A stretch of DNA of 49,254 nt, filler included, from Catajapyx aquilonaris (taxonomy: Eukaryota), in assembly GCA_000934665.2 (NCBI GenBank). It is 3 parts of 3 records of this genome, joined end to end, with 100 filler letters (N's around TTAATTAATTAA, not from the genome) between each part and the next. Parts side by side here need not be neighbours in the genome. Positions count along the whole stretch, not along the records: positions 32,909 to 49,254 come from JYFJ02007227.1; 2 more parts are not named here. The stretch is one strand, 5' to 3'. The notes below the pieces were generated by a model. It searched no databases, was not told the origin of the DNA, and was given only the letters and a program-made list of their open reading frames with translations. This document shows positions 35,079 to 48,089 of this stretch, piece after piece (position 1 is the stretch's first letter; each line of letters begins with the position of its first letter). The translations under genes and the position numbers were made by a program.

Positions 35079-37061
35079 AAAGGATCCCTTCCAGGATTGA
35101 CGTTGCCATTGAACAGGATAATTTTTATTGGATGTCGTTCCTAATAATATTAGATGAAAAAGTTTAACTCAGTTTTTGAATATTTTGTGTGAGTAATGAA
35201 AACCTGGGCTCGAAACTTGAGAATTTGGTAATTCTTGGGTACTTGAAATGTCCACAGCAAGCACTAAAAACCTTCCAGAATTTTGATTTGAATTTTTTTG
35301 ACAATAATAATAATAATAATAATAATAATAATCTGGGTAGGGCTTGACTATGGTATGTGGTACGGACCTTTACTATACATTTAAACCTATGTTTATCGCT
35401 GGATTCTGCCCCTTTTGGGCAGGGGTTTAAAAGTAGCGCCCTAGATGAAAATCACTGGATCTGGCACCATTGGTTTCACTCTTGATTCATGCACAATATG
35501 GGACTGAACCTTGCGAGACATACCAACTTTTGTTGCATCACACGAGAGGCCATCGACCGTCTCGTATGCAATATACGAGACGATGACGTCATCCTATTGC
35601 AACACCTATGAGTTTTTGTAGGCAGCTGCCACCCCTCGGAGTAATCTAAGATAATTCTATATGATTGCGCACTCCCTCTGATGGATTATGAAAACATTCA
35701 GTATCCGTTTAAAAAAAAATTAAAGTCCGGTTTAAAAGGAGGTTTTGTTTGTTTTGTTTTTTGCTATCCTGTGATAGAGCCATAGGCTTTCTTAGGTGGG
35801 TGGGACACCACCATATTTTCTGTATTATTGTTCCATTTTCTTCGAACTCCGGTGCAGGGAATCGAGGACATTGGGTAAGGAGAGGGATTTTTGGGGAGGG
35901 GACACGGATGCAAGTGCGTAGTCATTATGTGTGGGCCATGCGCAGTCCCTCAGGTGGTTAGGTTGCCAGACACCTCCAAGGCGCAGGTCAGAGATCCTCG
36001 CTGACGCAGGTGAAAGGGAACTCCCAAGTGGGGATCGAACCTGGGACTTGTCACTCAGCAAGCCGAGATGTTACCATCTCGGCCACCACACCTCCCCATT
36101 TAAAAGGAGGTAATGTGACCCACCAAGTACAAAAAAAAGTTGGCTCAGGTAGCACGTGGCCACCTCCCAGAGCTTAGAGCAGTCTGCCTGGCCAATTAGG
36201 AGTGAGGCCACTTTCATGGCTGCAATGGCGGTGGGAGAGTTTGCCTGCCTTTGACAGACCTTTCTGATTTTTTCACGCACGAAAAGTAGTCGCAGAATTT
36301 CGGGCATTTTTAAATGGTTTTCCGCTTCATATCCACGTACCCGGAAATATGCAGCAGGGAGCTGCGTCTATTTAAATTCGCACAATAAGTGTTTGTTTAC
36401 AATGAACAAGACCTTTGGCCTATCACGTCATGCCATTAAAAATATCACGTGGGTGGCGTAAATACAGATTGTCCGCAATGAACGTCCCTGGTTTCAAAGA
36501 GCAGTAAGAAATAGACATGAGGAGGTATTTAAGGTTTTTCTTGTTTACCTGTCTCGATACTTAACAAGTTTCATCCAGAATTTTTGGAGTGGCCTATGAT
36601 GCGGTGGTGCTCCGGTGGGGGATACTGTCGGAAGATGCAAACATAGTATCTACAGAGGGAAAAACACAGGGTTATACCAATGAACTTAAAAAAAATATTA
36701 TATGTGGTCATATGATCATACAACCAACCTGGCCACGGGAGACAGGGCTAATATCCTACACTGTGGAATCGTCCTTGCATGCAGTTTAAATTTTAATAAG
36801 ATTATCTTTAGTGAACAATATGTGACTTAAAAATTGGCAATCATCTGTCTGAAAAATAAAAATAAAAATTCTGGAAGGGTCTAGTGCCTGTTGTGGCCAT
36901 TTCAAGTCCGAAAAAGATTTGCAAATTCTCAATATTCGAACTGAGGTTTTCAAAAATATTTAAAAATTGTGTATCACTTTTTCATCTAATAATTACTAGG
37001 AACAACTTCTAATAAAAATTATCATGGACAACAGCAAAATCAATCCTGGAAGGGATCCTTT
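35079..37061. mobile_element. ~2-kb non-autonomous DNA transposon with ~220-bp imperfect TIRs, containing nested insertions
   Basis: 35079-35300 is the reverse complement of ~36850-37061, with termini AAAGGATCCCTTCCAGGATTGA / TCAATCCTGGAAGGGATCCTTT. A SINE and an (AAT)n tract lie inside. An older direct copy of the right arm lies at ~39180-39460. Confidence 0.75.
35743..36098 (-). mobile_element. tRNA-derived SINE (family 2) with 12-bp target-site duplication
   Basis: Minus-strand head GGGGAGGTGTGGTGGCCGAGATGG (A box) ... GGTTCGATCCC (B box); (CAAA)n/A-rich tail at 35743-35762. Exact TSD TTTAAAAGGAGG at 35731-35742 and 36099-36110. Confidence 0.85.
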
Positions 37062-37312
37062 ATTGCAGCTACATGTATCATGATATTGATATTTTAAATT
37101 CAAATTTATGATTCTAGTAGGGATTTCACTTAATTTTTTAGTACTCTGCCCACACACACACCAGGAACAATACAGTTCCATTTACATTGTCTGTATTGGT
37201 TAGTGATTTCGGTGGATCTGAGCTGCTTATTATTAAGCTATCAAAAATGTTACTTGCTGATAATAATAGATAGAAACACTTTGCAGTCCATCTGGCAGGC
37301 ATGTACATTGTA

Positions 37313-37473
37313 CAGTGTTGGACATTAATCGAGGCATACTGCCAGCGACATTTCCAAAGCGGCAGAAGAAGGAATTGAAGCTAAGGATATTGCAAGCTAG
37401 GCGAGCAAGATTCCTTCTTCTGCCGCTTCAGAAAATGTCTCTAGCAGTATGCCTCGATTAATGTCCAACACTG
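37313..37473. mobile_element. Tc1/mariner-type MITE
   Basis: TA|CAGTGTTGGACATTAATCGAGGCATACTGC ... GCAGTATGCCTCGATTAATGTCCAACACTG|TA; arms ~60 bp. Confidence 0.85.
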
Positions 37474-38751
37474 TACAACAAATAATGGGTGCCCTGAATG
37501 GTTAGAACTTAGAAGTAGAAGACAAGAAGCATGATGCCACAAAACCACCAACTGCAGTGGAAGATGATGTGTTATTTCACCTGCAATGACACTGATCTCA
37601 CATGTATCTGCAATTTCAATCACTGGAGGATTGGTGCATATCAGTGAAAAGGGGTTTAGTACATTTTTAAAAGCTGACTTTTGTGTCCACACACAGCACT
37701 CACTGGTCAAGGACAGGAGAAGTGGATATATTGTCCTGCAGACTGAAAATTGCAAGTTGGGAAGTGAGTCAGTGGCGAGGTGATAATTTTGGTGGCCATT
37801 GCATTTTATTTTTTCCATTCAATCTAATACCAACAGTTAATATTTATGGTAGCTTCAAAAATTACTGTTATAATTATTAAGCATCTTAGTGCTAAAAACT
37901 GTATTATGGATACTGCAACAGGAAGACACTATGGTGGGAGACGTACTTACAGTATGAGTCAGTTGTGCATTGGTGATTGATATTATGGCCTGACTATAAT
38001 CCAAGTTTGTGCTCCTACCTTTCACATCTTCAGTTTTCTGTGACGTGAAAGTATCCAGAGCTGGTGTTATGTGAATAATACATGTCAGGTAGCACCTGGT
38101 AAATTTTTAGAAGGTAGATGTGGAGGAGCAATTTTGAATCTATGCAAGTCAAATATTCACTTCAAATCATAGGCCTTTCTTAGCATTTTTTAAACTGGAC
38201 ATTTTCCAAGCAAAATAGAAAATTATTATTTGTGAACATATCAACTGCAAAATTCCTTATAAGAGGACCAGAGTTGTTCGTGTGATCATATCTTGTGGGT
38301 TCCGTTTAAATTCAGACAAGGTCAAGAATTTGTCAAGTCATGGTCATAGATTTTTGAATAAAAATATACATGCCATGCAAGGGACTGTGGACTGTGTTTG
38401 ACAGTGAAAATTTGTCTGCAGTTTGTGATTAATCAAGCCACTACTAAATTGAATAAGTGGTTCTCTGTGTTCATTGGAGAGAGGGCAAAATAATGATGAA
38501 ATAGTAATGATGAGAATTAGAAAGGTGGAAGAATGGGAATGCCAAACTTACAGCAATTAGTCACTATGGCCAGTTGCACAACTAATGCACAACTAATGAA
38601 TACTAATCTTGAAGGGAGTTAAGCAGTGTCCTTCATGACCATATTGAGGATTGTTCCCCCAATGATCTAGAGCTATTTCTACTTAAAGCTGTACAATGAA
38701 CCACAATATGCACAGCTCTTCCCATATAAATATAGCCCACAGTTACTGTTA

Positions 38752-38878
38752 TGCCTGGTTGCACCAACAAAATTACCTGTCCGATAGCTCCTAACAGACC
38801 CATAGCACATGTTAAAAGGTCTACCTATCTGTCCGTTAGGAGCTATCGGACTGGTGATTTTGTTGGTGCAACCAGGCA
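38752..38878. mobile_element. PIF/Harbinger-type (Tourist-like) MITE
   Basis: TTA|TGCCTGGTTGCACCAACAAAAT ... ATTTTGTTGGTGCAACCAGGCA|TTA; 3-bp TTA TSD and ~48-bp arms. Confidence 0.8.
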
Positions 38879-39179
38879 TTAGTGGGAAATTAATATGTAA
38901 CTCTAACTTTCATAATTTATAATTTGATTTACAATACTTTTATACTTTTTGGCAAATATTTACCATATGTTGTGTTTTACTTAACTATTTTCATAAGTGT
39001 ATTAAGTTATTTTACATTAATTTAAAACTAACAACTAAGTGAAAAGATCTCTGAAACTCAGGCATGATTAGCACCATACCTTTTATTACCTTGGTTGTTG
39101 TGCAAAGCGATTTAATATCACTGTATGTCTCATGGTATGGTGTGTTTCATAGTCTCACCAAACAGTCATTAGATTAAAC

Positions 39180-39460
39180 ATCAGTTTTAATGAACATTAT
39201 GTGACTCAAAAAATTGGCCATCATCTACCACATTCATGAAAATCCAAGTCAAAATTCTGCCATGTCCCCAACACCTTTTGTGTCTACTTTACTTGTAAAA
39301 TAATTGCAAATTCTCAACTTTCAATCCCAGATTTTCACTATTCAGAGAAGAGATATTTTTAAAATGAGTTTCACTTTTTCATCTCATATAATTAGGAACA
39401 ACTTCCACTCAAAGTTATTGTGGTACACCACAAAATCAATCATGGTAGGGATTCTTGCAT
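39180..39460 (+). repeat. Diverged direct copy of the right TIR region of the 35079-37061 element
   Basis: Shared blocks tgaaca.tatgtgact..aaaaattggc.atcatct, ttgcaaattctcaa, tcactttttcatct, taggaacaacttc and caaaatcaatc with 36810-37050. Confidence 0.65.
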
Positions 39461-40021
39461 TGTTGGGGTTGCACAGTGTTACCCTACGATACTGGAAATC
39501 AATGATGGCATTCAGTATATTAAAATATTTTACATGACCACATACAATTATAGTGCCAATCCAGAGCCATAAAGACTTTGGTAAATAATCTACTGCATAT
39601 GCAACAAGATTATTGTATAAGTGATTCCATTGCAATGAAGCGTAGAAGTTGTGAGTTGTCCCATGAATGTGTGTTTGACAAGAAAAATAACTAGGAACCA
39701 TATTAATCTTCAGTATAGTGAAATACTAACTTGAGGCCTACATACCTTACCACAATTAACATACCCACGAGATATGTATCTGTTGATATGAGCAGCCAGG
39801 CTGAATAAGCTGCATTAGTATAATTTGTATACGTGTTTTCATTTGTATTGGTTGATGCTCACAGATCCATCATGTGATGTAAAAAATCAAGACCTGTGAG
39901 GACCCCAAAATATTTCATTGCTTCTTCGCATGATTTTGGCAGAAGTAATTTTCAACTATGGACTTAATTATTTGTTATTATTTCACATTCTTTTAAGTTT
40001 TATGTGAGACCTAGAGCCTTC

Positions 40022-40291
40022 AGCTATTTTAACACGAGGCCACCATGGCAGCGCTGCCAGGTCTTTGCATTTCTGCAAGTGGAGCCTTTCACACGTGGTC
40101 GTTGGCAGCGCTGCCCACGTGCTGCCAGAAATGCTGGTGACAGGCAGGGCCTCTTCCAGCTGGCTGCGCTGCCACATGTTTGCATAGAATAATATGACGC
40201 CTTTCACACGAGATGCGACTTTTCTTGCAGCCAGCAGTGCTGCCTAATTTATGTGGACGCGCTGCCATGGTGGCCTCGTGTGAAAAAAGCT
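40022..40291. mobile_element. MITE with ~33-bp TIRs (possibly Harbinger-like)
   Basis: Left AGCTATTTTAACACGAGGCCACCATGGCAGCGC; right reverse complement AGCTTTTTTCACACGAGGCCACCATGGCAGCGC. Internal GCCTTTCACACG repeats at ~40084 and ~40199. Confidence 0.7.
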
Positions 40292-41014
40292 TTATGCTGC
40301 AAGTTCGATCCCTCCCAATTTGTCTGCTCATGAATGGACAGCAATGTAAATTTCCACTGCTATGCAGGGCCTTCTTGATACCAAGAGCTATACATAGTGC
40401 AGAGATGGCCCCCATTTCAGTAATGCTGTTTCATTTTGGTCAACTCAAATCAGGTCAAATCAGGAGGGATTGAACTGGTAGAGAGAATTCTCGCTGAAAT
40501 GCAGCATTAGTTCCCTGGTCCTACAATCGGAACGGTAAATTGTTAACCCTTTCATCCTTCAATTTTGCAAGTACCGTGGTAATATGGTACTGTTACAGTA
40601 CCTCTGTACTTGGTACTATAAGTTGGGCTTAGAGGCAGTCTTTGAACCTGTCTAGTCAGTTTCATGAGCTTAGTAGGTTTTTGATGAAGCAATAAGCAGC
40701 ATGCTGGTACACAGGCCAGTTACTTCTTAAAGGCCTGTTGTCCCTGTTTCCTCCTGCCAATATTTTTACCATGAGGCACGTAAATAAGACTTGAGTACTG
40801 TGTATTCTTGACTGTTTCTCATAGTAATTGACTAGATTTGTAAATGTGTCAGGGTGCAGGTACTGCTTATATACATGGTGTTCAGATAATTTATCAACTG
40901 AGGTTTCATTTGTAAAACCTTTTAGGTATACCTTTAAAAATTACCACCTTCGAAAGTATGATATTTTTTACTGGTTGAAACTGTTATTAATACCCAGTAA
41001 AGGTGTATATGTTA

Positions 41015-41722
41015 TGCTCAACCCCGAAAACAGCCATTGTCCAGAAAAACCTACCATACCTAGGTCTGGACGTTCCTGCTTATTAATGTAGCCTACCATT
41101 TGATATGGAGGTGATGGGGTGATGGATGGAGCCCTTTGTGTTTGTGTGGCTGTGGAGCTTTGGGGTGACTGTACCAGAACTGTCCTTTGTTGTGGCCCTG
41201 TGGGGCACTGTCCGTCGCATTGCCCGATAACTTTAGTTAGTTGCAAGGTTGAGCGTTATACAGGGTGTTTCAACTTTTTTGTCCCAACAGTTATCGTAAC
41301 TATTGCACTAAGCTGCTACTTTGTAAGCAGTGCAACTGGTGATTTGTCGGAGGAATGGGGAATATTCCCTGTGGCGCTCAAAGATGAACAACATTGTTGG
41401 GCAGATACACAACCCACAACAAGTGCTCAGCTTGTTGCGCTTGCAAACCATCACAACTAACTAAAATCATCTGGCAATGCGACGGACCGTGCCTGGCAGG
41501 GCCACAACAAAGGACAGCCCTGCCCTGGTGTGATCACCCCAAAGCCCCACAGCCACACCAACACATCTCCCCACATCTCCCCATCACCTCCATATCCATA
41601 GGTAGGCCTATATGAAAAGCAGTAACGACCAGAACTAGCTGTGGCCGTTTTAAAACGGCCACACCTATAGGTATGGCTGGTTTGAAAAAGACTAGACCTT
41701 CGCCGTTTTCGGGGTTTGAGCC
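41015..41722. mobile_element. Foldback/MITE with ~230-bp imperfect TIRs, TTA/TAA flanks (Harbinger-like)
   Basis: 41015-41245 is the reverse complement of ~41454-41722 (e.g. GATATGGAGGTGATGGGG / CCCCATCACCTCCATATC and CTGTCCTTTGTTGTGGCCCTG / CAGGGCCACAACAAAGGACAG). Ends GCTCAACCCCGAAAAC / GTTTTCGGGGTTTGAGC. Confidence 0.8.
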
Positions 41723-43582
41723 TAATACTTAAACAACATTGCAGTATGTATGTGCATTATCATGAAATGATTAGTGCAAGAGTGATTGAATTTTGTGATT
41801 ATATGTTTGTAAATGTCCAGTTTGTGATTGGTGCATGTTACACATGTGTATTACTTTTATGTGAAATTTACTTGGGATGCTAAGAGGCATGTGCAGGCAT
41901 GAGAGTATTGATAGAGACCTGCTTGGTAATGCTCTCTAGTGAGTTCAGAGTAAAACTGATTATAATTCTGCCTTAGCATGAAAAGGCACTATGTACAGTA
42001 AAGTACAAGTCAAGATTATGATCTACACTGCAATATTTGCATTAGATTGCCACATTTACAGCGAACTCATCGGAGTACCTTTCCAAGTCTGTCTCCATCA
42101 CTATTATCGCAACTGCACATCAACTGCTCGCACTGTATGTGTGGGAGCGCAGGTTCTACAATATTGGAATGTTGCTGAGAAATTACTTGAGCTGTGAAAA
42201 TACTGGTGTGAGCAAAAGGTAAATGCATGAATACATAATGAACTGCCATTGCTTGATGGAGTGTGATTACATGACATAAGTGCAGCCAGGTTTGTATGGG
42301 ATTTTTGCATTAAACATTTTCTTCAATGGTTTGCTAACAATAAGTAATCCTGCTGTAACACTGCCCATACATGTGTCAAACAAATCATAAACTTGAATAG
42401 GCTGAATAATAGTAGGTAAATTGGATGTCCTTCCAATAAACTTTTTTTTGTCTTCCAAATGACCTGCACAAAACTTGGTTATCACGCATGAATCTTTTGC
42501 TCCCATCAGTACGTACATGCAAACTGGAAGGAAGATGTGCACCCCGAAGAAATATTTTATGATTTAGCACGGGTTTACTCAGTTAGGCATTGGCCTTCAG
42601 ATATAACTGCATGTGGCAGACACTGCAGGAGATCCTCAATATGCTGTCCACATATCTGGCTGTAGACCATGTGAATGGACAAAATGTGATCAAATGGTTT
42701 GGTTACAGACCGTGTTTCATGCTTACCAAGGGGATGCGAAATCATGTACATAAAGTGAACACCATACTCCACTATGCCCATTTGAATGTGGCACTGGATG
42801 TTTTTTTTTTTGCCATGTGTCTCATTATGGTTCTGTAAATTGCCTGATTTCACTTGTAATGTTTTCTTTTAAGCATAAAAATGTTTGTTATAGACCATTT
42901 TCCTCAAGATAGCTGAACACAATCTCAGGAGGCATTAGCTCAGGCAAGGGTGCCTGTGGATTCTCTTCAATCACTCGATTCTCTAACAGTGATGTACCGT
43001 TATGCATTAGCTAAGATATTGCCTTTCTAAAAATTGTCAATGTCACAGGCACAAAACAATATGTAAGTCCTAAAATACAGTACTACCCTAAAGAAATCAT
43101 GTATGCTGGAAGAGGGGAAATAATTTAAAATGAGGACATGGACAATCCTGGCGAAGAACTACAGTTTCTTTTAAGCCATGAGTTGGAGGACCACTGTAGC
43201 ACAGGTGCTGTGACATTCCTCGTGCTTGACCTTGAGTTTGACCTCTATGTGATTTTCGACATTCTTTTGATCCTGTGGATCTAGGGAAACCAAACTAATA
43301 ACAGATAAATAATGGTGCAAATGTCATGGACTGCTGACAATGCTGGATGATTGTGCAATGTGCATGCAGTCCCATAGGGCAGATAAAGCAAGTTCACTCA
43401 CTTTATAAAAGGAATAGCTCGGGTCTACTACCCACATCTTTAGGCTCTCGACTGTATACACACTTCATCTGCCAATGAGAGATCATGCAGTCCATTCATC
43501 CAGAATTGCCAGCTGAAATGAGGGCATTCTGTGACATTTTCACAGATACAAATGTAACCTTAATTATGAAATATGTGGTATA

Positions 43583-44456
43583 CACTACCGGTCAAAAGTT
43601 TAGCATCACCCCCAAGCAGAGGTTTTTATTTCTTAAGCAACTTACAGTACAAATTGAAAATGTGAGGCACCATTGAAAGTGTCATGAATAACGCTACAAA
43701 CCAAAAAAGGAACGGTCATTCCAGGTTCAACAGAGGCGCAGATATTACCTATTTTGTTGTTTTTTTTTAAATCTCGAAAACCTACATTTGCAACTAGTGT
43801 ATAAATATTAATAAATAAAGGTAATCATCACGAATTGATGCTTTATTATTTTTATTTATTATTATTTATTATGTAAACGCCGAATGCAAAAAAAATTACC
43901 GCAAAAATTTAAAAAAAGTTATCACTCAAACTGTAATTTTTTTAAATTTTCGGCATTTCTTCTTATATGCACCTAACAATTGAGGTATCGTCAACAGCGC
44001 ATAACTTGAGAACCTATATTTCTGTAGGAGTATTGGTTCTCAAGTTATGTGCTGTTGACGATACGTCAATTGATAGGTGCATATAAGAAGAAATGCTGAA
44101 AATTTAACAAATTACAGTTTGAGTGATAATTTTTTGAAATTTTTGCGGTAATTTTTTTTTGTGTTCGGCGTTTACTTATTGCCATAAATAAAAATAATAA
44201 AGCATCAATTTGTGAGGATTACCTTTATTTATTTATATTTATAGTTGCAAATGTAGGTTTTCGAGATTTTTTTAAAAAACAAAATAGGTAATATCTGCGC
44301 CTCTGTTGAACCTACAATGACCGTTCCTTTTTTGGTTTGTAGCGTTATTCACGACACTTTCAATGGTGCCTCACATTTTCAATTTGACTGTAAGTTTAAG
44401 CTAGAGAAATAAAAAACCTCTGCTTGCGGGTGATGCTAAACTTTTGACCGGTAGTG
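43583..44456. mobile_element. Tc1-type foldback element: 874-bp near-perfect palindrome
   Basis: TA|CACTACCGGTCAAAAGTTTAGCATCACCC ... GGGTGATGCTAAACTTTTGACCGGTAGTG|TA; arms pair up to the centre at ~44024. Confidence 0.92.
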
Positions 44457-44768
44457 TATATGCACAGTGGTATTTTAGGATCATGTATATACCACATAAT
44501 GCAACAGTGACACACACACTCTGGTAATGAAGGCTACTGCATGGGGAGGGAATATCACATGTGGAATAACTTGGCATGTAGGATTATTTCCATGTAGGTT
44601 CAAGCCAATTATTGCTACTGTTCACAATGTACAGTCAATTTAGTGGGTTCTTATGAGGCTCATCTTATACTAGACTGTAGGTGATATTAGGATTCGCAAT
44701 AAAAGGGTAGCATATTGATGGCCCTCATCTTAAATGCAGAGTGACTTGTCTGGCAGTGCCATCAGGTA

Positions 44769-44914
44769 CTATGGGGCTGAAATTGTTTTGGCCACTTTAT
44801 CCTGGTCTTGAAGCAACTCTTCACACACACACACCTGCTCACCATGGGGCCTGTTTGAAGGGTCAATTGCTTCAAGACCAGCATAAAGTGGCCAAAACAA
44901 TTTGAGCCCCATAG
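44769..44914. mobile_element. TA-flanked MITE
   Basis: TA|CTATGGGGCTGAAATTGTTTTGGCCACTTTAT ... ATAAAGTGGCCAAAACAATTTGAGCCCCATAG|TA; ~48-bp arms. Confidence 0.82.
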
Positions 44915-45064
44915 TACAGTACATTTATTACTAGCCAATTCATAGAGTTCTTTGTACTATTCATGTGGACTCCACCAGGAGTTAGGGAGATATTAACAAT
45001 CTCAGATGCATTATGGTAACTTCATTAATGAGGGAATGGCTCCAGCTGTCCAAGATTTTTGTTG

Positions 45065-46290
45065 AAACTGGTCTGATTTGATAGGGAATATTGATACAAA
45101 AAAAGGTTCCTATGAACTATACAGATTGGGCCTTGGTTTGGGAGTTGCAAGGAATTTAAGCATTTGGCCAGTGCATTGTTAGCTTAGTGTTGTAGTGAGG
45201 GTCCGTATGGGAACAAACATTCTGTTGGCCACACAGGCTTAGCCAGTCTGCTTGGTGAACCTATCAGGCTGCGGCTGCAGCAGGGACACTAAAATTCTGT
45301 TTTTCACCTTCCCCCCCCCCCCTTTTTTCCCCCTGCTCTACCTTGTTATTGGCATATGTCATATCTACTTTTTGTCAGTCTCTGAATTGGAGGGCTCGGG
45401 AGAAAAACGTGATAACAGCCAGTGAAAAATGCAAAATGTTCTCGGCCTGATTTTTTCCACTGAGACAAATGAAGCACAAGGGGTGTCCTTCTGTGGGTAG
45501 GTGTTGAGTACCTTCCTGAGTATTCGTGAATATTTTCCCGCCTGTAGAGAGCACCAGTCACTAACAGTCAGCCTGTGAGCCCACTTCCGCATGCCGGTTA
45601 ACGCGTTTTACTCTTGAGACGTTCAATTAATGCCAAAGCTACCTACCGACGGAGATGGAAGCTTAGCATGATATTCTGGACTCATCAAATGGTGACCCTG
45701 ACTTCCTGAACACTGTGATGACTGGTGACGAGTCGTGTGTTGTACTCCGTTCAAGTTGTTCTGTCATCTTCGCGGAAATGAAAATTCAACGGGCGCAGAG
45801 TCCCCTCAAAGGCTGACTGTCAGCGGCTGACTCTCTGCAGGTGGGAAAAAATTCACGAATACTCTGAAGGTACTCCCTACCAGAGGATACCTTCCGTGAT
45901 TAATTTGTTTCCGCGGAAAAAATCAGGCCGAGAACTTTTTGCATTTTTCACTGGCGGTTATCACATTTTTCTCCTGAGCCCTCCAATTGTTGCCCATTTT
46001 TTTACAGAGGTTGCTCAGATTTTTTTCTGACTGTTAAAGAATTCTAGATCTACAATATGAAAAGATGGGGACTGACTTTACACCACTTTTACAGTGAACT
46101 AAATGATTGGCTAAATCTGTGTGGCCAGGCAGAATGTTTGTTTACATATGGACTCCTACTGTAATATGCTAACAAAGCACTGCCCTGATACTTAATCACT
46201 CATAACTCCCAAACCAAAGCCTATTACCATATAGTCCACTGGAACTTTTTATTTGTATCAATATTGCCTGTTGAATGAGGTCAAATACCA
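45065..46290. mobile_element. Old foldback element (~200-bp diverged arms) hosting a nested mariner derivative
   Basis: 45065-45260 is the reverse complement of ~46095-46290 (shared AATATTGATACAAA, TTGGTTTGGGAGTT, AACAAACATTCTG, TGGCCACACAG). Confidence 0.7.
45385..45988 (+). mobile_element. Internally deleted mariner element with ~190-bp TIRs and transposase remnant
   Basis: Ends AATTGGAGGGCTCGGGAGAAAAA / TTTTTCTCCTGAGCCCTCCAATT. The interior encodes MPKLPT (cf. WVPxxL) and HDILDSSNGDPDFLNTVMTGDESCV at ~45667-45741 (cf. the mariner first catalytic Asp motif FLxxIxTGDExW). Confidence 0.82.
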
Positions 46291-46721
46291 ATGTGATTCT
46301 TAACCTGTAAGCATGTAATAATTATGGACATTGATATTATAATCAGGGCAAACAAAAAATATCTCAACACTTTCTTAAACTAGACTACCCCATGATGGTG
46401 CCAACTCTAGTTTGTTTGTTTCTCACTGTAACCTTCTCAGTATTCGGCCCTGTTGTGTTAATGCAAATTAATGGAAAATAATCTGGATTATATGCATGTG
46501 TCTGACCATTTTCAGAATGGAATGTGACATATGGTGACGCTTCATAGAAGTGCCAATGAGAGGCAATATCGAAAGGGATACTTGAATCTCATTGGGTGGA
46601 AGGGAGAGGTGTAGCTAGGTGTCCTTTTCTGAAAGTTGTCAGACTATATAATGTGATTATTTCTAAATTTGAATTAATACACCTGGTCCTTGCATTCTTG
46701 TTAGGAATTATAATTTCTTAC

Positions 46722-46856
46722 TGGGGACAGATGCACAAACAGGTGCATTCTGTTTAACAGGTGTGCAGTGCAAGTTTTTAGTACCAAACATAGCATGAAC
46801 AACTTCCCCCAAGTTGCGTGCACAACTTATTTGTACCCATTTGTGCATCTTCCCCA
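46722..46856. mobile_element. Small degenerate MITE
   Basis: Left TGGGGACAGATGCACAAACAGGTGCA; right reverse complement TGGGGAAGATGCACAAATGGGTACA. Confidence 0.55.
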
Positions 46857-48089
46857 ATTTTGTAATTCTTCACCTTGACATTATGCGACTTCTTTTTTTT
46901 AACATGACCCTGAGCGCCTCAGTTATTATGTGGCACTTGTAAATAAATATTAATATTAGTAGTAACTTCCATATCATAAATATAGGGGATTGTGGGGAGA
47001 ATGAGAGTCTTATACCATTCAGTAACTTTTCACCCTGAAAGCAATACAAGTCGCGCAAGGATCTAACTTTTACTTGATCAGGCAATACTCTGACTCCTGT
47101 GGTGGTCATATACAGTATGTGAATAGGAATAGTGTACCATGTACACGGATTAATTTTTTAATTTCTTTTTTATTATGATACGGTACTTTCCTGAGCACCA
47201 TGTTCATTTCCTTTTTGCAGTGTTTTATAAAATGAAATTGACTTGTGCTAGTGTATGAATGAGTTTTTTGTACGTCTAATAAATACATATAGTATGGAAT
47301 GTCACTGTGTCTTGTTTATTGGTATCGTGCTGCAAAATCCGTATTAAACTGGTTGGATACTTTTTCCACTCTTATGTAATGGTCAAATTGACTTTCAGGG
47401 AACTGCGAAAACACCAAATGTTTGTATGTTTTCTTTTATCATTTTACACTTTACTCCTGATTATCTGGGTGCAGATTATCCGTAGATTTCCAAAAACAGA
47501 GTTAGAAATAAAAGTCCAAAAAATGTCAATATGTCTTACAAACAAATAAACATAACAGACTAAAAATCGATGTAAGTTTAATTATTTTGATTTAACCTAC
47601 TTAAAGCAGCATACAGTACTATATGTATAGTAGTTCATTGAAAACCTCTGAATAGCTCATTTTTATGGCATCGAGGACCATTTTCAGATTATTCAGGCTT
47701 TCTAATTATTATCCAGGCACACCCATGCATTCATTAGCACATAATAATCAGAAGTACAGTGTATTCCTTTTTTTGGTGAGAGAGAAAGGATCAGGTTGTA
47801 AAATGAAACTTCTACATTACCTGCTTCAATGTAGCACTTTGTATTATTTCCTTGGATCTTCTATATGTGAAACAGCGGTTGTCAACTAAAGTTCACAAGA
47901 TGAACTAGCTTTCATCCAGTATTAGGTTTAATAAGTTAAACATCAATCATCAGTCACAATTAGTTACTATAATTGAAATGCATTGTTAATTATGGAAGTA
48001 GGAGTGGGCATTCTGCAGTTTGGCAAGCCTGCCCGAAACTGATTATTATTAGCCGTAGGCCTACTATGCTAATCATGGGTGTGCTAGTA

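Noticed and set aside
42575..42853. Possible Tc1 transposase C-terminal remnant (SVTKPFDHIL; LLQCLPHAVISEG..TE*)
   Set aside because: Only faint resemblance to SPDLNPIEH and SMP..AVI..GG.TKY, with no TIRs found; too weak without a profile search.
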